DNA of 27,310 bases from a virus (Duplodnaviria > Caudoviricetes). A model generated the notes under the pieces. The model was not told the origin of the DNA and did not search any database. It saw only the letters and a list, made by a program, of their open reading frames with translations. A program made the position numbers and the translations under genes. Of this stretch, positions 17,708 through 25,666 are shown piece by piece. The stretch covers positions 1 through 27,310 of IMG/VR virus record IMGVR_UViG_3300025141_000598, one strand, 5' to 3'. The first letter of the stretch is position 1, and the number at the start of each line of letters is the position of its first letter.

Positions 17708-17870
17708 CAGTAGAGATAATGAGCCTTTTAAAGCATTTGTGAGTCGCATGTATTACAGAAACATATTAGAAAGAGCGCGACACGATGAAAAGCCTTATAA
17801 AAACCTATTCCGCTATTACAGGAAAAACTATGATTTTATACATGATAAATACAGAGAGGGTAAATCATGA
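17700..17870 (+). CDS. Small hypothetical protein (56 aa)
   Basis: Not in ORF track. MCNSRDNEPFKAFVSRMYYRNILERARHDEKPYKNLFRYYRKNYDFIHDKYREGKS; ATGA overlap with the integrase start. Confidence 0.65.
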   Translation: MCNSRDNEPFKAFVSRMYYRNILERARHDEKPYKNLFRYYRKNYDFIHDKYREGKS

Positions 17871-18952
17871 AATCTGACACACAAAACAAAAGAATTAAAA
17901 TTAAAACGCTGAGTAATCAAGAGCAGTCGTTTTATCTGTATTACTACAGAAACAACAAAGCACATTTGATGAAGATAGCAAGTCAAGGAACTGACATCGA
18001 TACTGTGAGACGCATTGCAAGCGATATAGAGAGTCGTATGAGTGTTGATGCACATTATGATCCGTTGCTTGAGAGACAAAAATCAAGACGTGAGATTAAA
18101 CGTGTTGATATAACTCTTCATCAGTTATTCACAGACTATTTAGATGACATCAACAAGAAGAAGTCACACGATAAGATTCAGCAGATTTACAACAACAACA
18201 TCAAAAACGTGCTAGGAGACAAAAAGATCAGCACGATTGAGAAAGCAGACATTGTTGAGCTGAAGAGAAAGATCAGCAAGAGAGCGCCTTACGTTGCAAA
18301 CTCTGTCATCACATATCTGCGTTCTGCGTTTAACTTCGCAATTGAAAGCGATCTATTAGAGAAGAATCCTTGCAGTCGCATTAAAAAGCACGAAGATGTT
18401 GAGCGTAATCGTATTTTGTCAAACGATGAGCTGAAGCGTGTTTTTGAAGTATTAAACGAGAAAGCGAAGAATAAAAACAATCATCAAAGCGTTGCATTTA
18501 TCAAGCTATTGATCTTCACAGGTGCAAGAGTTTCAGAGATTGCAAACATGCGTTTCAGCGACATTAAAGATCGTGTCATAAGACTGTCTCAGCACAAGAC
18601 AGATCATCTAGGACAAGACAAAATAATCTATTTAAACGATCACACATTGTCGATCATAAACGCTTTAAAACGCACGCATGAAAAAGCAAGAATTATCGGT
18701 ATTAAAAGCCCGCGTCATTTGTGGGATTCAGTCAGAAAAGAAGCAAACATCGAAGACGTGAGACTACATGATTTGAGACACACATACATCTCATTCGGCA
18801 TCAATACTCGCACTGTGTCATTCGATGAAATGAAAGATCTAGTCGGTCACAAAGACGCTAAATCAACGCAACGCTATTTAACGAGATCAATTGATACAAA
18901 CTTAGCTAACGCTGATGCTGTGTCGAATGAGCTTTTAAATCTAATCAACTAA
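17867..18952 (+). CDS. int: Tyrosine integrase
   Basis: Catalytic residues in TGARVSE (R), QHKT (K), HDLRH, VGH and TQRY (Y); N-terminal arm-binding-like region. Confidence 0.95.
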   Translation: MKSDTQNKRIKIKTLSNQEQSFYLYYYRNNKAHLMKIASQGTDIDTVRRIASDIESRMSVDAHYDPLLERQKSRREIKRVDITLHQLFTDYLDDINKKKSHDKIQQIYNNNIKNVLGDKKISTIEKADIVELKRKISKRAPYVANSVITYLRSAFNFAIESDLLEKNPCSRIKKHEDVERNRILSNDELKRVFEVLNEKAKNKNNHQSVAFIKLLIFTGARVSEIANMRFSDIKDRVIRLSQHKTDHLGQDKIIYLNDHTLSIINALKRTHEKARIIGIKSPRHLWDSVRKEANIEDVRLHDLRHTYISFGINTRTVSFDEMKDLVGHKDAKSTQRYLTRSIDTNLANADAVSNELLNLIN

Positions 18953-18967
18953 AAAAAAGGAACTAAA

Positions 18968-19225
18968 ATGAGTGAAAACACTGAAACAATCACGTTTGAC
19001 AATGAGCAATACAACGTCTCAGCTCTAAACGAGCAAGCAATTCAGTATTTTAATATTTTGATGAAACTGCAAAACGAATCAAACGAGCAATCGTATCAAT
19101 TAAGCAAAACAAACATTGCGATTGAAACAATGTCTGATCGTTTTAAAGCATTGCTTGACGAGCTTGATATAAAGCCTATCGAAGAGACTGTTATTGACAC
19201 AGAGACTAAAACGATAGAGCAGTAA
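18968..19225 (+). CDS. Hypothetical coiled-coil protein (85 aa)
   Basis: AAGGA RBS; TITFDNEQYNV followed by a long helix. Confidence 0.75.
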   Translation: MSENTETITFDNEQYNVSALNEQAIQYFNILMKLQNESNEQSYQLSKTNIAIETMSDRFKALLDELDIKPIEETVIDTETKTIEQ

Positions 19226-19274
19226 TTTGTTTGTAAAAACAATTTTGCTTTTGTTTATATTTAAAGGAACAAAC

Positions 19275-19721
19275 ATGCCAATAATCAACATGAAAGGACT
19301 TGATCTGATCAAAGAGTTTGAAGGTCTAAAAACAGACGCTTACAAAGATCGAGCTGGTGTCTTAACAATCGGCTACGGAAGCACAAAAGACGTAAAAGAA
19401 AATGATTCAATCACTGAACAGTTTGCGACTGCAATGCTTGATAAAGAGTTGCGTGAATACGAAGGCTACATTGATAATCTTGTAAATGTTCCTTTAAATT
19501 CTAATCAACATTCAGCATTAGTAAGTCTGATTTATAACATCGGGCCCACGCACTTTAAAGACAGCACTCTTTTGAGAAAACTCAATGAAGGTAAATACGA
19601 TGAAGTGCCTTATCAAATGAAGCGTTGGAACAAAGCAATAGTGAACGGAGAGCTAACAGAGCTTGAAGGACTAATTAGACGCAGACAAGCAGAAGCAGAT
19701 CTATTTAATGAGGACTCGTAA
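19275..19721 (+). CDS. Endolysin, GH24 lysozyme
   Basis: Start ATG 19275 (AAGGA RBS). LIKEFEG..AYKD..GVLTIGYG carries the E/D/T triad; STLLRKLN, GLIRRRQAE. No SAR segment. Confidence 0.95.
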   Translation: MPIINMKGLDLIKEFEGLKTDAYKDRAGVLTIGYGSTKDVKENDSITEQFATAMLDKELREYEGYIDNLVNVPLNSNQHSALVSLIYNIGPTHFKDSTLLRKLNEGKYDEVPYQMKRWNKAIVNGELTELEGLIRRRQAEADLFNEDS

Positions 19722-19978
19722 TGATTGAAAATGAATTTCAAGTTGACGAGCTAATACATAAGAAAGGTCAAGAATATGGGCACCCAATGAGATTTTTTCG
19801 TCAGTTATCGAAAGTGTGGAGTGGAGTGCTTGATGTTGAAATCACTCCTCAGAAGGCGGCGATTATGATGCTACTGTTCAAGTCAGTTCGATTGTATAAC
19901 AACTCAAACAAAGCTGACACTCAAGATGACATTCAGGGTTATCTTAAAATTGTCGATATATTGAATGATTTTAAATAA
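19721..19978 (+). CDS. DUF6378-like protein
   Basis: Pattern KGQEYGHP..FF...W...L...ITP..AAIMMLLFK..R......D...DI.GY. Confidence 0.7.
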   Translation: MIENEFQVDELIHKKGQEYGHPMRFFRQLSKVWSGVLDVEITPQKAAIMMLLFKSVRLYNNSNKADTQDDIQGYLKIVDILNDFK

Positions 19979-20165
19979 CCATTAAAAACCCCTTTTGTTG
20001 TTTCGCAACAAAAGTGAAAGCCTTAACCTATTAGAGATTTTTTAGAATCATTCTAAAGAATTGGGCTTCTATGTCATCAAAATAACCCATAATTCACAAT
20101 TACTCGAGTTTATGAATTACTAGGAATTACAAAAAAGATAGTAAAATCAAGCACTTACAGAACTA

Positions 20166-20174
20166 TGTTATAAT
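20166..20174 (+). promoter_or_regulatory. Extended -10 promoter TGtTATAAT
   Basis: Exact TGnTATAAT about 90 nt upstream of an RBS-led gene; an IHF-consensus AATCAAGCACTTA lies at 20145-20157. Confidence 0.65.
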
Positions 20175-20264
20175 ATAAGAGTAGCAAGAACAGTGACAGT
20201 AGCGATCTTTAACAACTAGATGACAACGAGCAAAACTTTAATCTTAATAAAAAGGAGAAAAAAT

Positions 20265-20441
20265 ATGAGCAACTATAAAAATGAAGAATTTACTCTTCGA
20301 CTAACAGAATCTCAAATACTAGAATTAAGAGATGTATTAGAAGATCATATAACCTTTCTTGCCATAAACGAAATGGAAGAACTAGAGTGCATGGAAGATT
20401 TGCAAGATAGACTTCATAAAATTAACATATGTAACTGGTAA
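20265..20441 (+). CDS. Moron-like small acidic protein (58 aa)
   Basis: Start ATG 20265 with AAGGAG RBS; has its own promoter and terminator. Confidence 0.75.
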   Translation: MSNYKNEEFTLRLTESQILELRDVLEDHITFLAINEMEELECMEDLQDRLHKINICNW

Positions 20442-20454
20442 AAACAAAAACAAG

Positions 20455-20487
20455 AAACCCACATCATTCATTTGGTGTGGGTTTTTT
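20455..20487 (+). terminator. Rho-independent terminator (possibly bidirectional)
   Basis: AAACCCACATCA-TTCATT-TGGTGTGGGTTTTTT at the convergence of the two transcription arms. Confidence 0.8.
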
Positions 20488-20653
20488 AATACTTATAAGC
20501 AAAATAATATATAATATTTGTAAATTCCTAGAAACCCCAAATACATGAATATCAGTGAGTCAAGAGGAGCGTCAAAGATTAACAGCACAAGTCGAGCATT
20601 TTCGTATGCAATATCGAATTGCATTGTGCGGTCTAGTGATTCAAACGATACTT

Positions 20654-22939
20654 TTAATTTTGATTTAGTTGATATCCAATATTTCCCGGTGTTGTACCTA
20701 GTGTTGTAGGCGCAGGATTTGGGGTAGCATCAACAGATTGTTTTACTTGACTTGCTCTAAATCGTGTTGAAATAGCTTTCAATCCGGGTATTGCCGCAAA
20801 CCATTTGTTTGCATTTTTGATTCCTAGAACAGCAACGACATTTGTCCACATGTTTTGTAAGGCGCTTATATTAGCCGCGCTAGTATTAGAGAAATTCTGT
20901 GTCGTATTGAGCGTTCTGTTTGCGACTCTTGCAAACTGCTGAAGCAAAGCGATCTCTTCTTGTGTATACAGAGCGCTCATTAACGGTTTATTGTCTTGCA
21001 ACACTTTATTCACATTTGTCAGTAATTTTGCACCGCTCAAGCCTTCTCTTTGTGCGCCTCTACTTTGATTCATTATTTTTAGATAAATTTCTTGTCTGAG
21101 CCCATTCCATGAATCTGGAGATAAATTTTCTTTCATTTTAAGCAAGTCACGTTGTAAATTTGCTTTATTAATAAAGCCCAAATTAGAGCTATTAAATATG
21201 TAATTCGATGCACTTTCAGGCGCAACAACAAGCTCTCTATTTCCTGATTGTTGGTTGATTTTTGTTAATCGATCCATCAGGTTTCCAGACTCCCATTTTT
21301 GCTTGTAGTCTTTATATCCCTTGATTGCGTCTCTCCATGTTTTTATTACAATGTCGTCTCCTTGCAATAGAGCTGTTTCGAGCAAGCTGTCTATTTTATT
21401 ATCAAGTTGTGTTTTCATTTTACCCAAAGCAACTGATGATTCGTCTCCTTTTCCGCTTCTTATTTTTGAGTTTAGTTGCTTTCTTAAATCAAACAAACCT
21501 CTGACTGAAACACTAGAGTCTTTTGCGCCCAGTTCTGTAAAGCGCTTTATAAAGTTCTGCACAGGCAATAAATCATCAATCGCATGATCTTTTGTTATTA
21601 CTGTTTTTACATCATCGCCGAAACCTTTAAAGATGTTTGATGGCAACACTGTTCCTGATTCTTCTGAAAGCTCTCTTGCTGTAGTAAACGCTTTGTTTGC
21701 GTCTGTTTTTGCGACTTGTCTTGCCGCAGACAGTTCAGCTTGAGCTAAAGATCCGCCTTCGCCTCTACTTATTGTTGGCGCTGATCCAGCTAGAATTTTT
21801 TGTATTTCAGACATATTGCTTGTAATTGCTTGTTCTTGATCTGCTCTTGCTTGATTCATTATTTGTCTTGCATCGTCTCCGTAGACTCCTTTTCTTGCTT
21901 CGCCTTCAATAATTTGTGCTTGTTTGTTTCCTGTTAGTGTTCCTTTCGTCTGTGGAACTTTAACTGGTAAAGATTGTGCTTCAGAATATGCGATCGCTTC
22001 TTCTGTAGATGCTGGCTTTAACTCGCCTGAAACAAATTGATTTCTGAGTCGATCTTTAAACTCTTTTGTCATTGCGCTCCATTCAACACCCAATTGTTTT
22101 AGTATTTGTTGTCCTTGTGCGGTAAGCTCACCACCAGCGCCAAACATAGAATCGTCTGTTGCTCCCAATCTGATTTGCGTGTTTCTTAAAGCGTTAGCAA
22201 GAGAAGGAATCGCAGAGAATAATACATCAGCGCCACCCTGAAAGACGCTTGTGAGCGCGGCTGTTCCAACAGCTTTTGGTATATCAATACCCAAATCTGT
22301 ATCTGTAACTCCAAGAGATGATAAAGCGCCACTTCTTTGAGCGCCTGATGCTTGTGAAGCAACATCTTCACTAACGCTTAATATTCCACCTGTTCCGCCA
22401 GCTCTTACCATGTTGCCACCTATTCCAACACCCTTGTTGCCAACTCCAAGTTTTTTTCCTATACCGAGAAAGCTCAATAGTTTAAACACAGCGCTCATTG
22501 TGTCTTGAGTAGACCAGCCTGGCTTGTTTATATAATAATCTCTCCCACCTAATGCGACAGTTGTGTTTCCGTATTGGTCTTGTTTTATTTCTGCATCAGG
22601 AAGATTATTTTTGATTATGTTTACAGCATCTTGACCATGACCGCCAGAAGTCAATAGACCCAGAGATGTGGTCCAGGGCGCTGATCCTTTCATGCCTGGT
22701 CCTACACCTATGTTTCCTCCTGGGTATAGCTCTGGAGCTGTTGCTATTTCGGGCAATGCTGGATCGTATCTACCTTCTGCTGTTATTGCACCTCTTATTT
22801 TGGCGCCTGTTGCTGACCATGTTTCGGGATCAGCCCAGTTTTCTCTTTTTGTCCAGTCACCACCTCTGAAAATCAGGGCGCCTGATTCAAGATTGTATTC
22901 TTTACCTACTGCTGGCGGATTTTGCTCTGTAAATTTCAT
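20654..22939 (-). CDS. Large internal virion / DNA ejection protein
   Basis: 761 aa; last gene of the structural arm; Gly/Ala-rich amphipathic segments and YYINKPG motif. Position matches P22 gp16/gp20-like transfer proteins. Confidence 0.7.
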   Translation of the reverse strand: MKFTEQNPPAVGKEYNLESGALIFRGGDWTKRENWADPETWSATGAKIRGAITAEGRYDPALPEIATAPELYPGGNIGVGPGMKGSAPWTTSLGLLTSGGHGQDAVNIIKNNLPDAEIKQDQYGNTTVALGGRDYYINKPGWSTQDTMSAVFKLLSFLGIGKKLGVGNKGVGIGGNMVRAGGTGGILSVSEDVASQASGAQRSGALSSLGVTDTDLGIDIPKAVGTAALTSVFQGGADVLFSAIPSLANALRNTQIRLGATDDSMFGAGGELTAQGQQILKQLGVEWSAMTKEFKDRLRNQFVSGELKPASTEEAIAYSEAQSLPVKVPQTKGTLTGNKQAQIIEGEARKGVYGDDARQIMNQARADQEQAITSNMSEIQKILAGSAPTISRGEGGSLAQAELSAARQVAKTDANKAFTTARELSEESGTVLPSNIFKGFGDDVKTVITKDHAIDDLLPVQNFIKRFTELGAKDSSVSVRGLFDLRKQLNSKIRSGKGDESSVALGKMKTQLDNKIDSLLETALLQGDDIVIKTWRDAIKGYKDYKQKWESGNLMDRLTKINQQSGNRELVVAPESASNYIFNSSNLGFINKANLQRDLLKMKENLSPDSWNGLRQEIYLKIMNQSRGAQREGLSGAKLLTNVNKVLQDNKPLMSALYTQEEIALLQQFARVANRTLNTTQNFSNTSAANISALQNMWTNVVAVLGIKNANKWFAAIPGLKAISTRFRASQVKQSVDATPNPAPTTLGTTPGNIGYQLNQN

Positions 22940-22946
22940 TGACTAT

Positions 22947-24254
22947 TTAAAAAGGATCTGAGATTGGTTCAGAGCCATAAATTCTCATCTTCTTGGCTTT
23001 TCTGTCGTAATAAAGATCGCCTATTTTAATGTCTCCGTTTGCTACTGCTTGCTGAAAGTCTGTTGCGCCTGTATCTTCATTTGTTTCCATATCAAACTTT
23101 CTAAACAATTCAGCTTCAACATATCCTGAGTTTTCATCTCTTAAAGCGGCATTAAATCCGAGTATTTCGCCATGTTCTGCAACATATCTTTTTTGCAGTT
23201 CGAGCATTTTTCGATCACGCTCAGTTGTTGCTAACATAAATTTAACAATCAGTCTGTTTGCTTCTTTTGTTTTACCTAGACTTGCGATTGCTTTTTGATA
23301 AAGATTTGCTTCAAAGTCTGATGTTGCACCCGATCCGACTGCTCTCATACGAGGAACAATATAAGAGCTTAGAGCATCAAAAAGCTGTTGAGCGCCTAGA
23401 TTTTCAACATACGCTTGATCCTTTCCTCCAAATTCTACGAGCCATGATTTGATTGGCAAAAATGCTTCAGTCATAGCGCCAGTCTCAAAGTCTGGATCAT
23501 CGAGTAAAGTGTCCATTAAATACAGTCTGTCAGTCACATTTTGATTGTCTATCAATCTTTGGTCGCCCTTTGTGAGAGCATCGTACGCATATTCAATACC
23601 CATTTGTGATTGTATAGCTGGCATGTTTATCTGTGTCGCTCCTTGCCTCGTTTTTCGTTCTAAAAACTTAGCATATTCAGGATCAGTAGGAGAATCGTCA
23701 GTTCTTATATATTCTTCGTATGAAGTAGGGCCCTTTACTGGCGTCATTTGATTTTTGTAAATCTCACCTAAAATAGAAGGATCAGATTTTGCGTATTCAC
23801 CCATTGCTTCTGACATTTGATTTGTTGAGACAAGTTGATCTATTTGCTTATTAAGACTGGCTCTTTGTTGCTCTTTTCTAGCCCTCTCATTGGTTGCTTC
23901 TTGAGCTTGTTGCATAGCAAGTTGATTCGCTTGTCTTTGTTGAGCTTCAGCGCCTATGTTTCTTCCTGCAAATGCGTCACTGAGAGAGTAGAGCATGTTT
24001 CCTAGTCCTACGTTACGAGCGTTTCTTTGTTGTTTCTCATAAGTGTCTGCGCCAGCTTGCGTTTCAAAGAAGCCACGTTTTAATGCTTCTTGCTGTGCTT
24101 GATCAGGTGTAAAACCGCCGCCTCTTGCGAAGAAAGAGTTGATACGTCTAGGCTCTTGCACTGCAACACGATTCTGCTGTTGAGCTTGTTGCTGAGCTTG
24201 TTGCTGAGCTTGTTTCTGCATTTGCTCTAAATATTTTATGTATTCAGGTGTCAT
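22947..24254 (-). CDS. Internal virion / DNA ejection protein
   Basis: Gln-rich N-terminus and GSGATSDFE motif; between two other ejection-type genes. Confidence 0.65.
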   Translation of the reverse strand: MTPEYIKYLEQMQKQAQQQAQQQAQQQNRVAVQEPRRINSFFARGGGFTPDQAQQEALKRGFFETQAGADTYEKQQRNARNVGLGNMLYSLSDAFAGRNIGAEAQQRQANQLAMQQAQEATNERARKEQQRASLNKQIDQLVSTNQMSEAMGEYAKSDPSILGEIYKNQMTPVKGPTSYEEYIRTDDSPTDPEYAKFLERKTRQGATQINMPAIQSQMGIEYAYDALTKGDQRLIDNQNVTDRLYLMDTLLDDPDFETGAMTEAFLPIKSWLVEFGGKDQAYVENLGAQQLFDALSSYIVPRMRAVGSGATSDFEANLYQKAIASLGKTKEANRLIVKFMLATTERDRKMLELQKRYVAEHGEILGFNAALRDENSGYVEAELFRKFDMETNEDTGATDFQQAVANGDIKIGDLYYDRKAKKMRIYGSEPISDPF

Positions 24255-24263
24255 TTAATTTTC

Positions 24264-25064
24264 TCATTTGTTAAAGAAGCCGCCAGCAAATGCTGAACCG
24301 AGCAAGCCTACGCCTGCACCAAGCATGTCTCCGAAACCTACTTTTTGTCTTTGTGTTTCATTCGTAGATGAAGGCAAGAAACTGACACCAGACTTGAGAC
24401 GATCTAGCTGTACGTCAGGATATCCTTGCGCTCTCATGAACTCGCTGAAGTTTGCGTCAAGTTGAGCTTGTTGCATTTGTCTGTTCATTGCGCCGACATT
24501 TCCGAGCAGTCCAAGCGTTTTGTATTGGTCTGATAAAAGCCCACTTTGAATTCCTGTTCTGTACGAGCGGTCATCTAGTCCGAGCTGGGTTGCTGTGTCG
24601 AAGCCCGATTTTCTTAGATCTGAGACTGTGCGACCTACAGCGTCATAGTAACCACGATCTGCGTCTCCTTCTAGTAGAGCTGAACGAGATCCACCGAAAG
24701 CGCCCGCACCGATGGCTCTGTCTTGACTGTCTGCAATTTGTAATTGTCTCGCTCTGTCGAGATCTTGTATTGAACGATCAATGACTTCACTCTGGTACGG
24801 ATTCATATAAGGCGATATATCAAGTGGTGCGCCACCCATGTTTGCTAGTTGACCTCTAGGGTTATATCCCATTGAGTCACCGAACATGCCTCTTGTTGCA
24901 TCAAACGCAGTAACATCGTCAGGAGAGTATCCCGCAACAAGCGGATCAGTATAAGGTTGGAAAGGTATATCAGCCGCAGATTTAGCGCCTGAATAAACTT
25001 CTTTATACATAGCAAGAAGTTCGGGGTTTATTTCTGTGTTGGTTGTCTGGCTGCCCTTGGACAT
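24264..25064 (-). CDS. Internal virion / DNA transfer (pilot) protein
   Basis: MSKGSQTT start, YMNPY, AGAFGGSR and a Gly-rich hydrophobic C-terminus typical of podophage pilot proteins. Confidence 0.7.
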   Translation of the reverse strand: MSKGSQTTNTEINPELLAMYKEVYSGAKSAADIPFQPYTDPLVAGYSPDDVTAFDATRGMFGDSMGYNPRGQLANMGGAPLDISPYMNPYQSEVIDRSIQDLDRARQLQIADSQDRAIGAGAFGGSRSALLEGDADRGYYDAVGRTVSDLRKSGFDTATQLGLDDRSYRTGIQSGLLSDQYKTLGLLGNVGAMNRQMQQAQLDANFSEFMRAQGYPDVQLDRLKSGVSFLPSSTNETQRQKVGFGDMLGAGVGLLGSAFAGGFFNK

Positions 25065-25074
25065 GAATTTTTAC

Positions 25075-25476
25075 CTATATTTTTTTACTAATTATATTTT
25101 CAGCGTGGAAGCCGAGATGTTGAGCTTTTTTTACCCAACCTTTTCTTCCACCGCCATAGAGTTTTGTTGCACCGAAATGACGAGCAAAATTCTCAATGCT
25201 CGGCAACATTTCTTCTAAATCATCAAAGCGCCCAGCGCAGAAGATTAAATTCAATGCAGTCGATTGAGGATAAACAACCAATTCTGTCACAAAACAAGAT
25301 TGCTGGTTGTGGTGCGGAAATAACTGAAAACGTCCAGTTTCGATAAGCTCACGCACGTCACTAATATTATACATATCTTGATATCGAATACATTTAGAAA
25401 TTAAAGGCTCGCACCAACTCCACACGTTTTCTGACAGTTTATTAGACTGTCGCTGTTGTAGAGAGTACGCCTGCAT
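25075..25476 (-). CDS. GNAT-fold-like virion assembly protein (start uncertain, possibly GTG 25425)
   Basis: GGRKGW motif; position between tail and ejection genes as for T7 gp13/P22 gp14-type proteins. Confidence 0.6.
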   Translation of the reverse strand: MQAYSLQQRQSNKLSENVWSWCEPLISKCIRYQDMYNISDVRELIETGRFQLFPHHNQQSCFVTELVVYPQSTALNLIFCAGRFDDLEEMLPSIENFARHFGATKLYGGGRKGWVKKAQHLGFHAENIISKKI

Positions 25477-25666
25477 CGCTCACTTCTAGTTTGTATTTTG
25501 TTCCGTCAGGTGACACTAAGACGACTTCTGTTTGATCGCCTCCATTTGCTTCAATGCGTTCACCTTTTTTGAATGATAGTCCGTCTCGTTGTTCGACTTC
25601 AGCGACAAGATAATTCATATATTTTTGATCGTATTCGTTCTTTGGCTTCGTTAGTGCTTGTCTCAT
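25442..25666 (-). CDS. Small tail-associated protein (74 aa)
   Basis: LVSPDGTKYKLEVSDAGVLST motif; TAATG-coupled to the upstream tail gene. Confidence 0.7.
   Translation of the reverse strand: MRQALTKPKNEYDQKYMNYLVAEVEQRDGLSFKKGERIEANGGDQTEVVLVSPDGTKYKLEVSDAGVLSTTATV

Noticed and set aside
24172-24215. 12-bp repeats TGCTGAGCTTGT
   Set aside because: Encode the QAQQ low-complexity tract of an ejection protein.
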